Below, piece after piece: positions 56,901-64,000 of a stretch of 64,000 nt of DNA (within the stretch, counting starts at the first letter, position 1; the number at the start of each line of letters is the position of its first letter). The stretch comes from Macrostomum lignano (taxonomy: Eukaryota). Made by a program: the position numbers and the translations under genes. Under the pieces are notes generated by a model. It worked only from the letters and a program-made list of their open reading frames with translations. It did not search any database and had not been told where the DNA came from. The stretch spans positions 1-64,000 of the forward strand of contig NIVC01002132.1 in the NCBI GenBank assembly GCA_002269645.1, given 5' to 3'.

Positions 56901-57224
56901 CCCCACTGTCTCCATTCTATTCTACTTTAGTATCAACCTTATTTTTAGCCAAACGTTAGAAAAAGCGAATGAATTACAAACTCATTTGCCAATTGCACAC
57001 TCATTTTGAAAACAATGCAGCTCGGACCAATTCTTTGCTCAGCTCTCCAATCCACATGCGTAGCCCCACTCGAAGCCCTCCTCCCATTGGCTCACGGGGG
57101 ATTTTCTTCCCTAAACGATCCAAGCTGTCGAGGCTTTGTCCGCCTGAAAAAAGTTGAAAGACAAAGGCGAGACCTCCGAGTGGTGAACTAGGCTTGGACT
57201 GCCATTTGCTCTGCGACATCCGGC

Positions 57225-59713
57225 ATGTCTGTCTGCATTGACGACGCCATCGGCATCAACTGCCGAAGCCGCATCGGGGTGGCCGCTGCCGAGGCAGTTC
57301 CGAGCGGTGCCGGCTGCTGCCTGCCGGGGCCCCGCCTGCAGCTCGGCTTCCTGCGGACTCTGGCGGATGATCGACATGTTGATGCGGTGCTGCAGGTGAG
57401 GCTGAGGGAGCGGAGAAGCAGACTCAGGGACTGGAGGGAACAGAGAGACATGGACTCAGGGACTGGAGGGAACAGAGAGGCAGACTCAGGGACTGGAGGG
57501 AACAGAGAGGCAGACTCAGGGACTGGAGGGAACAGAGAGGCAGACTCAGGGACTGTAGGGAACAGAGAGGCAGACTCAGGGACTGGAGGGAACAGAGAGG
57601 CAGACTCAGGGACTGGAGGGAACAGAGAGACATGGACTCAGGGACTGGAGGGAACAGAGAGGCAGACTCAGGGACTGGAGGGAACAGAGAGGCAGACTCA
57701 AGGACTGTAGGGAACAGAGAGGCAGACTCAGGGACTGTAGGGAACAGAGAGGCAGACTCAGGGACTGTAGGGAACAGAGAGGCAGACTCAGGGACTGTAG
57801 GGAACAGAGAGGCATGGACTCAGGGACTGGAGGGAACAGAGAGGCAGACTCAGGGACTGTAGGGAACAGAGAGGCAGACTCAGGGACTGTAGGGAACAGA
57901 GAGGCAGACTCAGGGACTGTAGGGAACAGAGAGGCAGACTCAGGGACTGTAGGGAACAGAGAAGCAGACTCAGGGACTGGAGGGAACAGAGAGGCAGACT
58001 CAGGGACTGGAGGGAACAGAGAGGCATGGACTCAGGGACTGGAGGGAACAGAGAGGCAGACTCAGGGACTGGAGGGAACAGAGAGGCAGACTCAGGGACT
58101 GGAGGGAACAGAGAAGCAGACTCAGGGACTGGAGGGAACAGAGAGGCAGACTCAGGGACTGGAGGGAACAGAGAGGCAGACTCAGGGACTGGAGGGAACA
58201 GAGAGGCAGACTCAGGGACTGGAGGGAACAGAGAGGCAGACTCAGGGACTGGAGGGAACAGAGAGGCAGACTCAGGGACTGGAGGGAACAGAGAGGCAGA
58301 CTCAGGGACTGGAGGGAACAGAGAGGCAGACTCAGGGACTGGAGGGAACAGAGAGGCAGACTCAGGGACTGGAGGGAACAGAGAGGCAGACTCAGGGACT
58401 GGAGGGAACAGAGAGGCAGACTCAGGGACTGGAGGGAACAGAGAGGCAGACTCAGGGACTGGAGGGAACAGAGAGGCAGACTCAGGGACTGTAGGGAACA
58501 GAGAGGCAGACTCAGGGACTGGAGGGAACAGAGAGGCAGACTCAGGGACTGGAGGGAACAGAGAGGCAGACTCAGGGACTGGAGGGAACAGAGAGGCAGA
58601 CTCAGGGACTGGAGGGAACAGAGAGGCAGACTCAGGGACTGGAGGGAACAGAGAGGCAGACTCAGGGACTGGAGGGAACAGAGAGGCATAGTCAAGAGCT
58701 TCAGGAAGGAAAGCAAAGAGAGCCAACACCTGATTTCCAGGTGCACCTGACACCCGACGGCCAATCCTTGGTGGAGCCAACCGGGGCAGACTGGGCCCGC
58801 CACCTCCAGGGAGCTCGCGACCGCTCTGAGCAGAACGTGGAGCTGCAGGCTGTGGCTGGCGGCTTCCGCCTGCGGACCACGCGAGACATCCGGGTTGGGG
58901 AGCAGCTGCTGGTTTGGTTCGCCGACTCGTCCGCTCTGGGCTTGGGCGTGCCTGCGCTCACCGCCAAGAACATCCTTGGTGAGTGGCTGACTGCTGATAT
59001 CGTCTAGAAGTAGCTATGGGCCGCCACTGCAGAACCCCTGTCCCAGCTGTCCATGGCTAGATGTGCCGCCACTGCAGAACCCCTGTCCTAGCTGTCCATG
59101 GCTAGATGTGCCGCCACTGCAGCACGCCTGCCCCAGCTGTCCATGGCTGCGTATCTGGGTCCAACAATGAGAAAATTTCAGCATCATCAAACGCCAACCC
59201 GCAGACTACAGTTGCTACCAATGCCACCAGTGCTGGCGCAGGTTCCGCTACGCTAACGTGCTCAAGGCACACTTGATGCGCCGGTGCCAGCCGATGCAAG
59301 CTCTGCCGCTGCTGGCGCTGCTACAGCCATTTATTCTCCCAACAACCGTTGCTAGGCTCCCATCTCTACAGCAGACTCCGAGTTCAGAGACTTCCGGAGC
59401 AGCGGTTGTCACCAGCAAGGCCGCTTCCGGTTCCGAGGGCCGGCACCTGTGCGGCTACTGCGGCAAAGCCTACTCAAGGCGCTACGGGCTCAAGATTCAC
59501 CTGCGCACTCATACCGGCTTTAAGCCGCTGCGCTGCCACGTCTGCCAGCGGCCATTCGGCGATCCGAGTAACCTCAACAAGCACGCCAGGCTGCACGCGC
59601 TCGGGGACTCGCCCTACCGGTGCGGCCTCTGCGGCAAGGTGCTGGTGCGCCGGCGGGACCTCGACAGGCACCGGCGGTCAAGGCATCCGGGCGTTGCTGA
59701 TGAAGTGAATTGA
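57225..59713 (+). CDS. PRDM13: PR/SET-domain C2H2 zinc-finger transcription factor PRDM13. Exons 57225-57395, 58741-58978, 59205-59713 (~305 aa)
   Basis: Phase-consistent GT-AG introns. PR domain (WARHLQGARDRSEQN..RDIRVGEQLLVWF) and first finger CHQCWRRFRYANVLKAHL. C-terminal fingers HLCGYCGKAYSRRYGLKIHLRTHTGFKPLRCHVCQRPFGDPSNLNKH..CGKVLVRRRDLDRH..SRHP are near-identical to PRDM13 as recalled. Confidence 0.92.
57420..58690. repeat. 30-bp minisatellite GACTCAGGGACTGGAGGGAACAGAGAGGCA filling PRDM13 intron 1
   Basis: About 42 copies. Confidence 0.97.
59020..59150. repeat. Three tandem ~45-50 bp copies (GCCGCCACTGCAG..CCTGTCCCAGCTGTCCATGGCT) in PRDM13 intron 2
   Basis: Direct reading. Confidence 0.85.
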
Positions 59714-59723
59714 CGGCCTCATG

Positions 59724-60045
59724 GTGACTCAATGATTCCCCTGGTGACTCAATGATTCCCCTGGTGACTCAATGATTCCCCTGGTGACTCAATGATTCCC
59801 CTGGTGACTCAATGATTCCCCTGGTGACTCAATGATTCCCCTGGTGACTCAATGATTCTCCTGGTGACTCAATGATTCCCCTGGTGACTCAATGATTCCC
59901 CTGGTGACTCAATGATTCCCCTGGTGACTCAATGATTCCCCTGGTGACTCAATGATTCCCCTGGTGACTCAATGATTCCCCTGGTGACTCAATGATTCCC
60001 CTGGTGACTTAATGATTCCCTTAATGACACAATGATTCCTCTAAT
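59724..60045. repeat. 20-bp minisatellite CTGGTGACTCAATGATTCCC immediately after the PRDM13 stop
   Basis: About 15 copies. Confidence 0.96.
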
Positions 60046-60599
60046 GATTCCATTTTCCCATGACTTCATCTCTTTTCCCAGACTTTTGTCTGGCTATGCA
60101 ATAGCCAATTGGGATAAATATTCCAGTAAAAATTGCTAAACACTTGATAATGAATTTCTGTATTGAAACAGTGTATTAATCGATGGGATCACGAAACTAA
60201 TTTGATGCGCTAGTGCTAGCAATTATTTGCTACAAGAACTCGGCTAAAAAACAAAGATTAACAAAATTTGTCAGCTACGACAACTTGCTAAAGAGGCTAC
60301 TCAAAGTTTTAGACTCATCGGGAGAAGAAGAGGGGCGGATTTCTTTTGTAAGCACCGTTCGATTTAAAACGACTGTCTTTGAGCAGCAGCCTGGGAAGAT
60401 CCGGTAGAAAAAAACGTTACATTAATTATCGTAAAAACACAGAAAACAGAGTTGCTCAGAAACGGGTTAAATTACAGCTAAAAAACTGTAGAAATAGAAA
60501 GATGCTGAATTGGAGACTGATTGGCTCATTATCAAATTCAGCCACTCTGAAACCAAGTTATCAAAACGCTCAGCAAAAACTACTTGTCACAGGCACACA

Positions 60600-60900
60600 A
60601 CGCCAAGCACCCACGACCCCAAACACCCACCACCCCAAACACCCACCACCCCAAACAGCCACCACCCCAAACACCCACCACCCCAAGTATCCACAACCTC
60701 AAATACCACCACCCCAAATATACACCCCAATCACCCACCTCTCCAAAACGCCCACCACCGGAAAAATCCATCCCAACAGCCTACCACCCCAAACGCCCAC
60801 CACCCCAAACGCCCACCACCCCAAACGCCCACCACCCCAAACGCCCACCACCCCAAACGCCCACCACCTCAATCAACCACCCTAAAACACCCACCGCCAA
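60600..60900. repeat. C-rich ~17-bp minisatellite AAACGCCCACCACCCC
   Basis: Direct reading. Confidence 0.9.
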
Positions 60901-60971
60901 GCGGCAGGCCCAAAAAGCCCAAGCATATTGAAGCAGCACATAACTACAGGTACATGTAAAAGGGGCAGCAC

Positions 60972-60977
60972 TTTATT
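60972..60977 (-). terminator. Candidate polyadenylation signal AATAAA of the PLEKHD1-like gene
   Basis: AATAAA on the - strand about 60 nt after the stop at 61037. Confidence 0.5.
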
Positions 60978-61036
60978 GATTAGCAAGGTGTTGTCACATC
61001 GCCACCAGTCCGGCAGGCTGATGGCGAAACCCAGCC

Positions 61037-62753
61037 TTACACATCGAGCCGAGATGCTGACTGGTCAGCTGGCGCCAGACGCGACCGGCGCTGCTCCAGA
61101 AGGCGCCTGGCCCGCTCTCGCACAGCTTTTGGTTGCTGTTGCCGATCTCCGACTGATCCTCTGGGGCCGCCCACGCAGCCGCTCAGGCTTTCAAAGTAGC
61201 TCTTCAACTGGCGCACGTCGGAGGTCATCTCCTGCTTCTCCTGCGGCGTGTAGCTGGTCTGCTCACCAGCTATGCAGCCGTGCAGGCGGGAGAGGCTCGC
61301 CTCCGCCTCCGCCAGTCTATTTAGTGGAGGGAGTAGATTTTTTACTACTGTAGGAATATTCAAACCCACACCGATAACCCTTTTGATAACCCTCCATGAT
61401 AAACCTTCACTGATGACCCTCCCTGACGACACTTCCTGCTAAAACTCCCTGATGACCCTCCCTGATAAACTTCCCTGATGACCCTCCCTGATAAACTTCC
61501 CTGATGACCCTCCATGATAAACTTCCCTGATGACCCTCCCTGAAGACCCTCCATGATAAAATTCTCTGATGACCCTCCCTGATAAACTTCCCTGATGACC
61601 CTCCCTGATAAACTTCCCTGATGACCCTCCCTGATAAACTTCCCTGATGACCCTCCATGATAACCCTCCCTGATGACCCTCCATGATAACCCTCCCTGAT
61701 GACCCTCCATGATAACCCTCCCTGATGACCCTCCATGATAACCCTCCCTGATGACCCTCCCTGATAAACTTCCCTGATGACCCTCCCTGATGACCCTCCC
61801 TGATGACCCTCCCTGATGACCCTCCCTGATGACCCTCCATAATAAACAGCCCTGATCACAAAAGGCATATCCCTGCCTCAACAATAGAGTGAATTCTGAA
61901 TCGTCAACTTTTAAAAAATCAACCGTCAATAAGTGTTCAAGCTAAGCAATCGATACTCAATGCAGCCTTCGCAGTCGCATTCCACACTGGCTACTATCAG
62001 TAGGCGAACTCTTCTAGCCAGCTGCGCTCACCTGGCCTCGGCCGTCCGCCGTGCCCGCTGCTCCTCGGCCAGACTGGCCAGGGAGGCCGCTAACTCGGCC
62101 GCCTGCCGGCTGAAGGCTGCCCGCTCCGACTCCAGCTGGCTGGCCAGGGCCTTCCGAGCCGCGTCCGCCTCCTCCTTGGCAACGGTGGCCGAATCATCCT
62201 CAGCCTCAGCCTCATGCTCCGCCTCCGTCTTCTCGTTGTCTTCTTCTTTAACAATCTCACCTGCGGAGGCCTCCGCTTCCATCTCTTCTTCCACGGCGGC
62301 GAGCTCGGAGGCGGAGGCGCCGCGCACAGTCGCCAGTTCGGCTTCGATCTCGCGCAGCTCGGACTCGATCGACTGCTTCTCGAGCCGCAGCTGGTCGAAG
62401 TCCGACAGCAGCTTCTGGAATTGAGTGGCGAGGGGGCGGGTAACCAGTCAGAGCTGCTGAGGTCTGACAGCTTCAAGACATTGCTTGTCAGCAGCCAGGC
62501 TCACCGAGGCTTCTTCCTCTTTGTTTTGCCGTTTAATAGACTCGTTTTCGAACAGCTCTGCAACAAAGTAAGCTCGATAAATGGCATATTTATCAGGATT
62601 ATTGAAACAGAATCACTGTAATCGTTAAGGAATTTGGAAAAACCAAAATGGAGCCACGCACTTTTGTACTTTTCCGACAAGCTTATCTTCTCCAAGCCCT
62701 GCGACTCCAGGGTGGTGATCAGCTGCTCAGATATTTGAAAGTTGCACCGAGTT
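61037..62753 (-). CDS. PLEKHD1: Coiled-coil C-terminal part of a PLEKHD1-like protein (PH domain presumably beyond the window end). Exons 62753-62662, 62557-62505, 62414-62032, 61316-61037
   Basis: Phase-consistent AG/GT exons. TRCNFQISEQLITTLESQGL, ESERAAFSRQAAELAASL and RLAEAEASL..EKQEMTSDVRQLKSYFE parallel PLEKHD1 as recalled (GEAMIKSLEAQGL; EEEREFYSSQSQALQNSL; RLREAEGAL..MRADVSHLKRFFE). Confidence 0.72.
61385..61845. repeat. Minisatellite TGA(T)GACCCTCC(C/A)TGATAA(ACTTCCC), filling a PLEKHD1 intron
   Basis: Direct reading. Confidence 0.94.
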
Positions 62754-62784
62754 CTGGAAGCGTTCGAATCCAGTCATAAACTGA

Positions 62785-64000
62785 GATCCCATCTCCACAC
62801 TGAGATCCCATCTCCACACTGAGATCCCCATCTCCACACTGAGATCCCCATCTCCACACTGAGGTCCCCATCTCCACACTGAGATCCCATCTCCACACTG
62901 AGATCCCATCTCCACACTGAGATCCCTATCTCCACACTGAGATCCCATCTCCACACTGAGATCCTATCTCCACACTGAGATCCCTATCTCCACACTGAGA
63001 TCCCTATCTCCACACTGAGATCCCTATCTCCACACTGAGATCCCAATCTCCACACTGAGATCCCCATCTCCACACTCTGAGATCCCCATCTCCACACTGA
63101 GATCCCATCTCCACACTGAGATCCCATCTCCACACTGAGATCCTATCTCCACACTGAGATCCCTATCTCCACACTGAGATCCTATCTCCACACTGAGATC
63201 CCAATCTCCACACAGATCCCATCTCTACACTGAGATCCTATCTCCACACTGAGATCCCTATCTCCACACTGAGATCCTATCTCCACACTGAGATCCATAT
63301 CTCCACACTGAGATCCCTATCTCCACACTGAGATCCTATCTCCACACTGAGATCCCTATCTCCACACTGAGATCCTTATCTCCACACTGAGATCCTATCT
63401 CCACACTGAGATCCCTATCTCCACACTGAGATCTCTATCTCCACACTGAGATCCTATCTCCATACTGAGATCCCCAGCTACACACTGAGATCCCCATCTC
63501 TACACTGAGATCCCATCTCCACACTGAGATCTCTATCTCCACACTGAGATCCTATCTCCACACTGAGATCCCCAGCAACACACTGAGATCCCTATCTCCA
63601 AACTGAAGTCCCTATCTCCACACTGAGATCCCATCTCCACACTGAGATCCCATTTCCATACTGAGATCCCCATCTCCACACTATGATCCCTATCTCCACA
63701 CTGAGATCCCCATCCCCCCACTGAGATCCCCATCCTAACACTGAGATCCCTCATCCTCACACTGAGATCCCCATCTCCACACTATGATCCCTATCTCCAC
63801 ACTGAGATCCCCATCTCCACACTGAGATCCTATCTCCACACTGAGATCCCAATCTCCACACTGAGATCCCATCTCTACACTGAGATCCTATCTCCACACT
63901 GAGATCCCTATCTCCACACTGAGATCCCATCTCCACACTGAGATCCCCATCTCCACACTGAGATCCCATCTCCACACTATGATCCCTATCTCCACACTGA
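62785..64000. repeat. 19-21 bp minisatellite GAGATCC(C/T)ATCTCCACACT running off the window end (intronic)
   Basis: Direct reading. Confidence 0.97.

Noticed and set aside
57420-58690. CRISPR-like appearance of 28-33 bp repeats (also 6912-7450, 10485-10972, 38205-39855)
   Set aside because: The units are contiguous with no unique spacers, there are no cas genes, and the context is a eukaryotic intron.
60213-60960. ORFs between PRDM13 and PLEKHD1
   Set aside because: They derive largely from a C-rich minisatellite and 3'-flanking sequence, with no splice-supported structure or motif.

Overview
Eukaryotic (metazoan) genomic DNA, not prokaryotic. GC-rich GT-AG exons are separated by introns that are often almost completely filled by intron-specific minisatellites. 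This architecture is most consistent with the flatworm Macrostomum (inference, not verified). Seven protein-coding genes were reconstructed by hand from splice sites, phase continuity and family motifs: a 16-exon Ca2+/calmodulin-dependent phosphodiesterase (PDE1, -), a TLC-domain protein (TLCD3/FAM57-like, -), an intronless SBK1-like kinase (+), an FBXO4-like F-box protein (+), ribosomal protein P2 (-), a compact PRDM13 (+) and the 3' part of a PLEKHD1-like gene (-). Mobile DNA includes two decayed RTE-like LINE relics, a hAT-type MITE with an 8-bp TSD and a diverged foldback element. The most notable element is a near-intact, full-length ~5.4-kb APE-RT-RNaseH non-LTR retrotransposon (LOA/R1-like). 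It sits inside a (TTAG)n/(CTAA)n microsatellite, has a (GTAA)5 tail, and joins ORF1 to ORF2 through a TAATG stop-start overlap. Most long ORFs in the supplied track are artefacts of tandem repeats. Several indels in coding exons suggest consensus sequencing errors.
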